In this document: positions 36,513-48,419 of the stretch, piece by piece | How positions within the stretch are numbered: position 1 is the stretch's first letter | How the letters are laid out: every line of letters begins with the position of its first letter | NCBI RefSeq assembly: GCF_018350175.1 | Contig: NC_058368.1 | Coordinates: 138,882,001-138,946,000 of the forward strand | DNA length: 64,000 nt | Source: Felis catus | Lineage: Eukaryota | Direction: 5' to 3' | The notes under the pieces: model-generated | What the model saw: the letters and a program-made list of their open reading frames with translations, nothing else | Told to the model about the DNA's origin: nothing | Databases searched by the model: none | Made by a program: the position numbers and the translations under genes

Positions 36513-36979
36513 GTAGTATTGTTTCTAATGTTTGAAAAATCGCAAGTAGTCTAATTACAATAAACTGTTATACACCCATATTTTAGAATACTATCCAGTA
36601 GTTTAAAAGAACAATGTAGATTTTCATGTAGTGACTTGGGACGATGTCTAAAACATATTAAGGGGGGGGAGCAAGTTACTGAACAAATGTAACCCCATTT
36701 GTGTATGTACACACATATACCAAACAAAAACAAAATGATTTTCCTATGGGAACATATAAATGTAACTGTGTAGAGAAAAAGGGGGAAAGCAGTCTGGTTC
36801 ATTGGAGAGAGGGCAATGGCACAAATTGGCCGGAGGGTTTGATTTTCCTGTATTATTTGGGGGTTTTGCAAGAGTGTATTTACAACTAGAGTGTATTCGT
36901 GCATCATTGGTATATTTAAATATGAATTTATTTTAAGGGGTTATTAGGAAATTTAATGAAATATATAACCTCAATTGGA

Positions 36980-37115
36980 ATATATATATATACATATATA
37001 CATATGTATATGTATATGTATACATATATTTACATGTACATATATACATATGTATATGTATATGTATACGTATATATACATATATAGACATATATATATA
37101 TATATATATATATAT
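36980..37115. repeat. (TA)n/(TATATG)n compound microsatellite
   Basis: Seen directly. Confidence 0.92.
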
Positions 37116-37279
37116 GGCCGCAATGTCATTTACATTATTTACCAGCCCTTTCAACAACAAAGGGACCATTTTGTTTGGCATAGGAGGGAAGCCCGAGGTA
37201 AAGAGTTAAGGGAATCCAAGGATCCCATTCTGTAATGAAATCAGGTTTAACCATCTGGTCAAATTAAAGATAACCCATC

Positions 37280-37498
37280 GGGGCGCCTGGGTGGCGCAGT
37301 CGGTTAAGCGTCTGACTTCAGCCAGGTCACGATCTCGCGGTCCGTGAGTTCGAGCCCCGCGTCGGGCTCTGGGCTGATGGCTCAGAGCCTGGAGCCTGTT
37401 TCCGATTCTGTGTCTCCCTCTCTCTCTGCCCCTCCCCCGTTCATGCTCTGTCTCTCTCTGTCCCCAAAAAAATAAATAAATGTTGAAAAAAAAAATTT
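37280..37498 (+). mobile_element. Young SINEC_Fc
   Basis: TSD aaagataacccatc. Confidence 0.95.
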
Positions 37499-40400
37499 AA
37501 AGATAACCCATCACCTGTTGAGAGCCACAAATCATTGACTAAATTTGAACCTACCTACCACGCAGGCCAGGATTCATTTGCCAAGCCCAGCAGTGATTCA
37601 AGTCAAATCACCGCTCTGCCACTCACAGTGTCCTTGCTGAATAATTTTCCAGTGCTGTTATGTTTATAAAATGGAAGCGAGGAGTTCAAGTCACATCTCG
37701 CACAGCAGGACAGCCGGGATGCAGTAGGAAAGATGAACAATTCACCTCAGGTTTTCATAAAATCTCAACCGTTCATTCCATATCCTGTCGTGGAATACAA
37801 TAAAGGGTGATCGAAGCTGTAAACACAGAGCTAACTGCTGTTAGATTATAACGTTTACACTGATGCGCTTATTTTTCGGTCATTCAGGTGCACACTCTCC
37901 TCTATTTTCAAAGGTAACGGTTCTCGGTAAATAAAATGTTAGAGAGACGTTCTGTATCGAGTGCATACTTAAGTTTGAAAGACACAAGCTTAAACCCTGC
38001 CACGTCTCCTCCAAAAAAAAGCAAACTGGTGAAGAGGCACCAGTTCTATGGTGAGTGGCCTTCCTTTGAGACTCATTTCCCCAGGATGTCGTCAAGAAAA
38101 ATTTGAATAAATTCTAAGGCCATGACGGGCACGATTGCTTTTGTTATTTCCAAGGCATTTCACATCTATTGTTGTTGGTACAACAACCCTATGGAATAGA
38201 CACGCAGATGCCAGCAGGTGATAGTGTTCCCATTGCACAGGTTCAGAAATTGTGACAGAAATTTCAGAGCGCAAGATCAGACAGCTGATCTGATCTACCG
38301 ACGGGGCCTGGGCTAGAATTCAGGAATGTTGACTCCCAATCAAGGTCTTGGAAATTGCTAACGTAGAATATCAACTTCCTGATTGCAAAAGGATACGAAC
38401 TCTCTAGAAATGACATGCCCGGTCATTTTAGTCAAGTCTGCTAGAAATGACCTCCCACTTACGATAGGCCTTCAGTGGCCCAGTCCCCCCCCCCCGCCCA
38501 CCCGCTCTGGGCCATATTGTTGCTTTACAGGCCAGACCTGTGCCGAAGCTTCCAGATGTTGCAAATATGTCATACAATCTCAACCATCGTAGCCCCTGAG
38601 GTTTCCATCCAAATACTTTCAAGGTCCAAACACATGGGCATCAGAAGCACATGTGAACATGGGTACCGCCTGCTTTATTTCAAGACCCATTTTGCCCACA
38701 GGGTCTTCAGCAAGCGTCAGAGTAAGCAGCAACGCCCCATATCGATTAGTCTTTCAAACTTCTCCACCATGAGAACAGTCCACATCCCTGTTCCTAATGC
38801 TTATCCGAGTCTCCCTGACCTTAGAAATGACAGCTTCCTGGCTTTGGGGAGGACTACAGCTGTCTAATGACATCATCCTCCCCCTGTCGAGCAGGCGCTG
38901 CCCTCCCCTCGAGGAAGGATTGGCACAAATGACTTGAGGCTGTTATTCCAGGATCAATGACCTGAGCAGACGGGGTAAACTCCCCTAGAGAATTGGATTC
39001 AAGAGACTTGAAGCTTCCCAGGAACCTGAAAGAAATGGCATTTAGGTTTTCATGGCCCACTAGCGCTGGTTAAAAGGTCAGAAATAAAAGGTTATTGACC
39101 TGGGAGATTTTCTTGAGAGAAGGAGGGCAGGGTGACTGCAGCCCCCGGGGTCCCTCCAACTCAGGGATCAGAAAGGCACTTGCCGGTCGCTTACTGTGGA
39201 AAAAATTAAAGTAGGGAAATGATGGGAAAATGTACTCTACGTTTTATTTGATTTGTACTGAAGTAAGTTAGGAGGTGATGCTCTGCTTTCAGAAAGGCTA
39301 TGCTAACTCTGCAATAGGTTGTGTTGGTTTGTCTTGGGTTTTATGTTCAAATTCATATTCCTTTAATAATTTCCACATTGGGACCTCCTGAGGTCCACAG
39401 AGTTCGGTTCCTGATCTCCAAGTAAGGAAAGACTTGTATTTCTGGCCACGTCTCTATTATCTCCTAAGAAATTGCCCCATTGACTTGCAACCAGGAAAAC
39501 AGCAAACATAAAATTCTCCTTAGCTTTGATCAAGACAAAACGCCAGTCATCTGAAACTGCATTTGACAGCGTGGATGTACAATAGGAAGTGAACTAGTAA
39601 ACTGGGTCATGAAATTGGAGAAAAGGAAACAGAAAAAGTTCACTGATCAAAAAGCCATCACAGCAGCTAAGATTAAACATCTCCAGACATGACACTGGAC
39701 ACCCTTCTGGAAAGGTTAGCCTTGCAGAAAGTGCGGTTGTATATTTCCTTAGCATGTTGGAAAAGTTCTCCAGCTCAGAATAACCAGGAGCCTATGAAAA
39801 TGCCACTTTCCCTCAGAATCGACAACAACCTGGCAAGGCCCCAGTCGAGGCAATTTATTACACTCAGCCTGAGCCATTAACATGCAGCTTCACACACTTG
39901 TTGGAGTTTGACACTGGTTGAGCTTGTTTTTCTGGTCCCCTGGGGCAAAAAACAAGCGATAGCCAACAGTAATTTCACCTTTCGAAATGTCCTTTCCTCT
40001 CCCGAACTTCTCCCCCGCCCCGACCCCAACACCCTGTAATACCTGAGCTCATATTCAGAAGAGGAATACAAAAGATCTGACACAGCTCAACCGACAGCAC
40101 TTCCCGGTCAAACAATGGGGCCGTTGGTCATGGACAGCTGGCCACCAATGACTAGATTGAGACCAACAAACAACCATGCACAGGCCTCTGAGCAATCATT
40201 AAGTGGGAATGACTTGAGGATGAGCTAGGCTTGAATCAAATGACTTGTTAAGGCATCTCAGTCTACCATCCGTCTCAAACCTTATACTTCCCCGGGTCTT
40301 TTGATGGTTTCTGATCAGTAGTGCAAGATACCCAAACTGGAGCTCTCCCCTCGGGTATGAGACAAGTGCCATGGGGCAGAAGGTAACTATATTGTTTGCA

Positions 40401-41559
40401 TAGCACTCTATCAAATATAATAGGCCCTTAGGTGTCGTTCTGATAGCAGCGCACCTAGGAAGCCTTATGAGACAAAGCCATTTATGTGTATGTTCCCAGC
40501 ATTTCCTCCTTCCCTCTAGGCTTAAGAGGAAGTGGTCTTTGCTCATCCAGCTCTGTGCATTTGTGATACAGAAAGAGGGACATGGATAGAGGACGGGAGA
40601 GAGGTCATGGAAAAGCCAGGAAACAAACGGAGAAGAAAAGGGCTGGACCAGCTGGGTGGGCAAGAGTTTTTGCTTCCTGGTGATAAGGGCTTTGTTTTGT
40701 TTTGTTTTGTTTCTTTTTGGTTAGGAGTAAGAGTGAGGAGAGACAGAGAGAGAGAGGAAGGAACCGCCCCTGTCTGCAAAGCACCCAGGTGACCTAGATG
40801 AGAGCATTAGACTTTGAAGAGCATTTGGCCTACATAGAGCATGTGTTTTCTGCTGTCCTTTTGTAGTTTCTCCAGGCGTCCGTTCAAAAGGAACGCGTTG
40901 TTAGGTTTATCTTTCCGTGAAACAACTATTTCTTTAAACCACCCCAAGACTGGGCCACATGGGGCGCCAGTTACAATCAAGTCACCCTTGAAACCACACA
41001 GGGTGGCAAAACAAAATGGAAATAGGATGCTGTGGTCACGGCAGACGAGAGGCCCATTCAGCGCAGAGACTCATTTTTGCCAACAATGCCTGGCCATATC
41101 CACCAATGACCATGACGCCTGCCTGACTGCTGCCCCGGATAGATTTGAAAGATGAAAGTGTCCCGTGCTGACGGTGACCATGTCATCACACTGATAAAAG
41201 TGTTCAATCAACCAGACGCCTGCCTTCAAGGAAACAAAAGATCTGGATGATTAACTGGAATTTTCTTTTCACCTGGACGTTTGCTACAAGGGAGATGTGG
41301 TCGTCTGACGTTTCAGGTGTCAAAACCCTGGTGGGTCTGATGCAAGGCGTGCTGGTATCTCAGCAGAGACACAAACTAGGAATAGAAAGACCAAGTAAGA
41401 TAGATGACAGCAGGGGTCCTCTGGGTGGAAAGGATGGCCTATAATTCAAATCATAGTGTCCAAGAAGCACAGTGAACTCAGACTCCGTGCTGTAGGTAGA
41501 GTATCTGACACAGCGAGGAGATCATTTTTGACACCCTTGCTCCCCTCAACACCAAACAA

Positions 41560-41770
41560 TTATTTTTATTAATTTTTATTTTTTTGATGTTTATTTATTT
41601 TTGAGGGAGAGCCCGAGCAGGGGAGGGGCAGAGAGAGAAGGAGACCCTGAATCCAAAGCAAGTTCCATGTCGTCATGGCAGAGTTCGATGTGGGGCTCAA
41701 ACTCATGAAACTCTTGATGATGACCCGAGCCAAAATCAAGAGTTGAACGCTTAACCGACCCAGGCGCCCC
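41560..41770 (-). mobile_element. Can-SINE
   Basis: Reverse-complement body ending ccaggcgcccc. Confidence 0.85.
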
Positions 41771-42078
41771 TAAAAAGCTCTTTTTAGTAGTAATCACGAA
41801 ATAAACCTAAAAATAACAATGGCCAGAAAAGGAATAAAGGTAGTGAAAGTGTTCTTTTATTGAACTTCCTGTGTATAATTGTGCCTGTAAAAAGTCATCA
41901 TAATAAAATACGCTAAAGTATACAAAAGGGAAGCATGAATATTAATACTTTCTAATTTACATTAGCATATTTTCTGGAAACAGAGTAACTCATAAGTACA
42001 TATTGGTCTATTACAGTCTATTACAGTAATGAATCTCACAGTTCGCACTCGGCTTCGCTGTTTAAAATTATAAACACT

Positions 42079-42297
42079 GGGGCGCCTGGGTGGCTCAGTC
42101 GCTTAAGCGTCCGACTTCGGCTCAGGTCATGATCTCTCGGTCCGTGAGTTCGAGCCCCGCGTCGGGCTCTGGGCTGACTGCTCGGAGCCTGGAGCCTGTT
42201 TCCGATTCTGTGTCTCCCTCTCTCTCTGACCCTCCCCCGTTCATGCTCTGTCTCTCTCTGTCTCAAAAATAAATAAACGTTAAAAAAAAAATTTTTT
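42079..42297 (+). mobile_element. SINEC_Fc
   Basis: TSD aattataaacac. Confidence 0.95.
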
Positions 42298-42618
42298 AAT
42301 TATAAACACAGAAGCTCCACGTGATCTTGTTCCTTCACGTTTGCAATCATTATGCCATCATTTTTTATTTTGAAGCTACTGTTTAAATGCAGCGACATCT
42401 GAAAAAAAAAATAATAAATGCAGCAATGGCTGTTATCACAGGGGTTGGACCCTCTAACTTATGCCCTACACCCAGCTCAAAGGATTTTGAATTGCTGTGA
42501 ATTTAGGAAACAAACATCTGTTTCCACCTGGGGTGAGGTCCAGCTGTATAATGAGGGGTGTCCTCAGAACTAAAGTCCATGTTTTTGTGAAATGTGTAAT
42601 TAAAAGACAATAATATCA

Positions 42619-42820
42619 GGGGCGCCTGGGTGGCTCAGTCGGTTGAGCATCTGACTTCAGCTCAGGTCATGATCTCATGGCTCATGGGTTCAAGCCCCAC
42701 GTGGGGCTCTGTGCTGAGAGCTCGGAGCCTGGAGCCTGCTTCAGATTCTGTGTCTCCCTCTCTCTCTGCCCCTAACCCTCTCTCTCAAAGATAAATAAAC
42801 ATTAAAAAAAATTTTTTTTC
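42619..42820 (+). mobile_element. SINEC_Fc
   Basis: TSD aagacaataatat. Confidence 0.92.
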
Positions 42821-43302
42821 AAGACAATAATATTAAAATGTGTATTACACAACTGTATCAAACCATGTGTATTAAAGGACAATAATAAACATACACTCAT
42901 CTGACATAAATTACTAAAAAATCAATTGTTTAGAACTTGGAAAAGGCACCCCTTTTTTTTGTACCCTTGGGGGAGTGATCCCACTGACCTGCACTTAAAA
43001 TGCAACTGTGCCGATCATTGTCTACTCTGATGAAAGAGGTACAGCTACAGGAATCTCCAGGTAGTGACAGGATGCAGGAAATGGAGTGTCACTCAGAAAC
43101 TAGACACACACAGTGGGAGTTGGAAGCTTACAGCTTATTAGGCACTCAGGACTGACTCCACTCCTTCACCTGCGCATAGGAATCAGGTCCTGATGGCTCA
43201 GGACCAAGAGGGTGGAGCAGGTCTCTGGGGAATGTTCTCCGAACTGAAGTTGAGAGGAGCTAAAGTGAGCAGAGCCATCCTGGAATGGTCCTTCAGGACG
43301 TG

Positions 43303-43528
43303 TTTTTTTTTTTTTTTAAATATATTTTTTAACGTTTATTTTTGAGACAGAGAGAGACAGAGCATGAATGGGGGAGGGTCAGAGAGAGAGGGAGACACAG
43401 AATCCGAAACAGGTTCCAGGCTCTGAGCGGTCAGCCCAGAGCCCGACGCGGGGCTCGAACTCACGGACCGCGAGATCATGACCTGAGCCAAAGTTGGCCG
43501 CTTAACCGACTGAGCCACCCAGATGCCC
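43303..43528 (-). mobile_element. SINEC_Fc
   Basis: TSD caggacgtgtttt. Confidence 0.95.
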
Positions 43529-45944
43529 CAGGACGTGTTTTATAAACATGGGATGATGAGTGGAAGACTGTCAAAGCTCTTCCAATCAAGCAAGAATGTA
43601 CACATTGTTATTGCAACGTGTGGTTATGTATCAAGTGCCTGTGAATTTGGGGAAGTCCTCATCTGTCTTTTTCACCAAAGAGTTGAAAACATGAAAGGGA
43701 CCAACAAAAAGATGGTCTGGCAAAGCATTGGTTTGACTGCTTTTCCTTGGATGTCTCATGTAGCCACTTTGGAAAAACTTACCAGATTTCCCAAGTTCTG
43801 TGACGGTCGGGCTTCAAAAATCACCCACTCAGCAGGTTCCTGAGCAAACCTTGATTTTTTTCACTATCATAACCACCGTGTATTGGGCGCTATGTCCCAG
43901 GTACTGCGTTAAGCTACATTTATAAAAGTGATAATAACAATTGGTCTTTTTGGTACAGATTTACAAAGAGATAGTTCCCCATTACAAATAAGAACAAGCA
44001 GACAGAAAATAGCTCAGAGGAATTAGTCATCATCCCAGCTGATAGATAGAATCACACCAAGAATGTCAGAGTTAGGAAATACCACAAGGTTAAGAAGATT
44101 ACAAAGGACAAAGATGACTATAATTACTGACGTTTAACTGAATCGTATAATTGAATCACCTAATTCACTTCCATTATTCAAGTTCCTGACTTAAGAGGGG
44201 GATGTTACTATGAGTCGAGAACTACTTCTACTCCAATTTTTGCTAGCCAAAGATTACTGGGGAGTGGGTGGTGGGGGACAGGGGGGCGGGGGGCGGTGGT
44301 TAGCATTCAATGTGGCAAATAAAGCTCTCCTGCTCAGCCACCCCCCCCCCCCAACCGAAAATTCTATGACAAAAGAAGCCTCTGACACTGTAAACTACAA
44401 TAGGACAGGTCTTTGACTTCTCTGGGGTGTGAAGAATTTTAGGAAGCAGCTAGAAAAACACCACCTGTACGACAGTGCGCTTCATCAAGGCTGTATGTAA
44501 GGAAGATCAGGCTACTACAGCAATGGATCTGAATTTGAGGCTCCATTTACAGGTTTTGGACGCTAGTAAGGTCACAGCCTCTGAGATTTCTGTCCGTGAA
44601 ATGGTGATCAAAGTGAACGATAGCCTGTGGAATAGTGATGAGTCCTACCTACCTCGCAGGTCACTTGTGAGGATTACATGAGACGATGCATGGGAACACG
44701 CTCGTTAGGTCATAGAGTCTACAAAAGGAAGAGATCATCATCCTTAAATGTGTTTCACCTTCTATCCCAAGTGCATACTCATAACTGCAGTTTTTCCGAG
44801 CAACAGTCAATACTAAATTCAAAATACACTTTAATGTAACAATTATTTCAAGCAATGCAGTCTTTCTTCATTTTTTTTTTTTTGAAATTGTCCTTTGTGA
44901 GAAATGGTCTCATCATTTTGCTGTCACACAATCTGCTTCTAATCTTGCTATGGTATTCTACTGGGAGTGAAGGGAAGTGAGGAAGAGGTGGAGGCGGGGG
45001 GGGGGGGGGGGGACAGAAGGTGGGGGGAAGGGGGGGGGACAGGAGGTGGGGGGAAGGGGGGGGAGTTGGTTTCCCGCTCTGTGGAAATATCCCTGGCCAG
45101 GATCAAAAGTCTCAGAACTTCCTTCGGATTCCAGAAAAACATCAAGTCAGTGTCAGCCTGAGTCCCCCACCAATTCAGTCCTCAGCTCTACTGTGCTTTG
45201 ACAAGAGTCCAGTTGGAAAGTCCACCCTTTGGGCCGTAGGGCTTGGTGCATTCTGCTGCCACTCGCCTCCTGGAGAGCCATATCAACGTCAGAAGAGCAG
45301 GCTTATTTAGGTTGTGGCAAGGCTGGCTTCGCCACAGGGTGGGCATTTGCTTAAGCCTCAGAGCTTATTAGGTAGATTAATGGGGGATTTGGGCTAGCTC
45401 CTTGTTTCGGTGTCCATGTGCCTTCATGTCTGTTGTGCTCGTTTGTTTGTGTGGAAAAGGGTCAGCATGGGTACGGGAGGAGTCTTTCCATAAATCATAT
45501 CAAATAATGTTTCCTCTCAGGTAATCTATTTTTAATAGAAAATGAAATTCCAATTCTACCAAATTTTGCTTGTCAGACTTTGACCACATTCACATTTTCG
45601 GATTTCCATTTTGCCTTCATACCATAAACATCATCTTGCCCTGGGAATATTCCTTATAGGACAAGGGAAAATAAATCAGATCACTAGACGTTGATTCTCT
45701 GTCCTTACTCATCCAGCACTAGGTGCCCAACACAGATGCCCTGGGATTTAAATAGAGGCATGCACACATTGGGAAGAAGACCCTGGTTTCTCCACTCTCC
45801 TCATTTGCTCATCAGAATACAAAAGAGAGCCCACTCACCTAGCAGTGACAGAACTGACCAAGACCAAAATTGTCGTTACAACATTCTAGAGGGTCTTATT
45901 GGAAGGCTGAATACTTTGAAGAGAAACACAGCATGAGTGAGGCA

Positions 45945-46170
45945 ACTGATTGCCTGTGTTTGAATCCTAGCTTTGCTCCTTACTAGCTGTTACCTCAGGC
46001 AAGGTCTTAATTTCTTGGCACCTCAGTTTCTCCATCTGTAAATCAGGGATAATCACGATATTTTTTCATGTGGTGGTGAGGAGTCACTGATTTAATAAAT
46101 GTAAAGCAATTAAAACAGTACCAAAGTTATAATAAATGTTCAATAACCATTTCTTAATCTTGTTATTATT
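45945..46170. mobile_element. MIR
   Basis: tttgaatcctagctttgctccttactagctgt...ggcaag...cctcagtttctccatctgtaaa...atgtaaagc...tcaataa. Confidence 0.8.
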
Positions 46171-47777
46171 AGAAAAATATGCGACTCAATAATTATACCA
46201 GAAAAAAAAAAATTCCTCCCTCCTATCTCTCTAACCAAAGAGACTAAAACTCAAAGGGGTAGTAATAGAGAAAAAGAAGAGTTGAGCTCACCGAAACATT
46301 CAACACAATAGCCATGATCTTAAAACTCTGGGCTAACTCTGCATTAGCCCACATTAGCCACATTATGGCTAATTAGCCACATTAGCCCAATGTGAATTCT
46401 GATGTTGGTTTTCCTCATCCTGGAAGATGGGCCAAATCAGACACAAGGTAGTATTACCTCCGAGTTCTTTATTAACTCATGACTTTAGGAGGACAACCAA
46501 ATATTTTGCTGGGAACAAAAGAACCCACTCTCTATGAAAATTATGTATAGTTTGGGTACGGTAGATTTGGGCGTATTTGATATAAACAAAAAGGATATGC
46601 AATGGCTCGGTTTTAGGATTTCAGTTTTAATTTCTCTTTAGTGCAAAACCAGTAGCAAACTCCTTCCTCGTGTTAACCAGGGTGGTTTCCCTAGTGTTAA
46701 GCAGTGCTAAATAGGAATGGTCCAATGTGGAGCCCCTTCTGTATTTCCCAAGTTGACCGTGACAGTGACGCCTGGTGCACACCACCTGCTTAGGGGCTCT
46801 AGTTTCCACTCACATGCGTTTCTTAGTTTTGGTTGCTTGTTAACCCCAGGAGTGGCTGTATAATGTTATAGTTCCTGCTCCCCAACTAAGCACTTTCTGT
46901 CTTAATGTGTTAAGCAGCAAAGGGAAGGGGGCGGCAGCTCAATCCCTCTTCAGCAAGAAAGGATTTCTGGCTCAAAGTGGAAGTTAAAAGCAGATCTCTC
47001 GTTGTGCAAAGATAGGGTGCTGTGAAATCTAGAGAACTCTGTTTAAGAGCCTTCCGGCCACAGGATTGGGATGTTACTATCTAATGTTTCTGCGCCTACT
47101 ATTGTATGAGTTGCTTGCCTTTCAGGCAAGGTTTCTCCCAGCTTTTGCTTTTCCAGGCTTACTTCAAGGAGAAAAGCTTCCTAGATCTTTGTTCCAGATT
47201 CACTGCTGGAACCAGACGGTGCCCAAGTTCTCGAAACCCCAGGGCTTCCAGTTTGAAAGACGCTTAACCTTAAGTCAGGCTTCCTACCCTGTTTACCTAA
47301 CGTGGGGGTGGGAGACAAACTGATGAAGTAGATTCATCATCACTCTTCAACTTGCAGAGTGTTGCGACCTCAACTCCGTGCAAGAACAAGTATGCCACTA
47401 AAAAGATCAAAAGTAAAAACAATAAAATGAAGAAAAAATAGGAACAACCAGACATCTACATGCAAAAAATATGAATCAGATACAGACCTTATATCCTTCA
47501 CAAAAATCAACTCAAAATGGATCATAGACATAGACGTTAAATGCAAAACTATAAAACGCCTAGAAAATAACATAGGAGAAAATAGAGACAACCTTGAGTT
47601 TGTTGGTGACGTTTTAGGTATGTCACCAAAAGCATGATCTATGAGAGAGCTGCTAATCTGAACTTCATTAAAATTAACAATTTCTGCTCTGAGAAAGACA
47701 CGATCAAGAGAACGAAAAGACAAGCCACAGACTGGGAGAAATTGCTTCCAAAAGGTCCATCTGATAAAGATCTGCTA

Positions 47778-47999
47778 GGGGCGCCTGGGTGGCTCGGTCG
47801 GTTAAGCGTCCGACTTCGGCTCAGGTCATGATCTCACGGTCTGTGAGTTTGAGCCCCGCGTCGGGCTCTGTGCTGACAGCTCAGGGCCTGGAGCCTGTTT
47901 CAGATTCTGTGTCTCCCTCTCTCTCTGCCCCTCCCCTGTTCACGCTCTGTCTCTCTCTGTCTCAAAAATAAATAAACGTTAAAAAAAAAATTAAAAAAA
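47778..47999 (+). mobile_element. SINEC_Fc in L1
   Basis: TSD aaagatctgcta. Confidence 0.95.
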
Positions 48000-48194
48000 A
48001 AAGATCTGCTACACAACATATACAAGGAACACTTAGGATTCAACAATAAGAAAACAAACAACCTGATTTAAAAACGGGCCAAAGACCTTAACAGACACCT
48101 CACCAAAGAACATACACAGATGGCGAGTAAGCACATAAAAAGATGGTCTCCATCACATGTCATCCGAGAAATGCAAATAAAAATGACAATGAGC

Positions 48195-48419
48195 GGGGCG
48201 CCTGGGTGGCGCAGTCGGTTAAGCGTCCGACTTCAGCCAGGTCACGATCTCGCGGTCCGTGAGTTCGAGCCCCGCGTCAGGTTCTGGGCTGATGGCTCAG
48301 AGCCTGGAGCCTGGTTCCGATTCTGTGTCTCCCTCTCTCTCTGCCCCTCCCCCGTTCATGCTCTGTCTCTCTCTGTTCCGAAAATAAATAAACGTTGAAA
48401 AAAAAAAAGTTTAAAAAAA
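48195..48419 (+). mobile_element. Young SINEC_Fc in L1
   Basis: TSD aaaaatgacaatgagc. Confidence 0.95.

Noticed and set aside
42006..42027. gtctattaca tandem duplication
   Set aside because: Ordinary two-copy slippage duplication.
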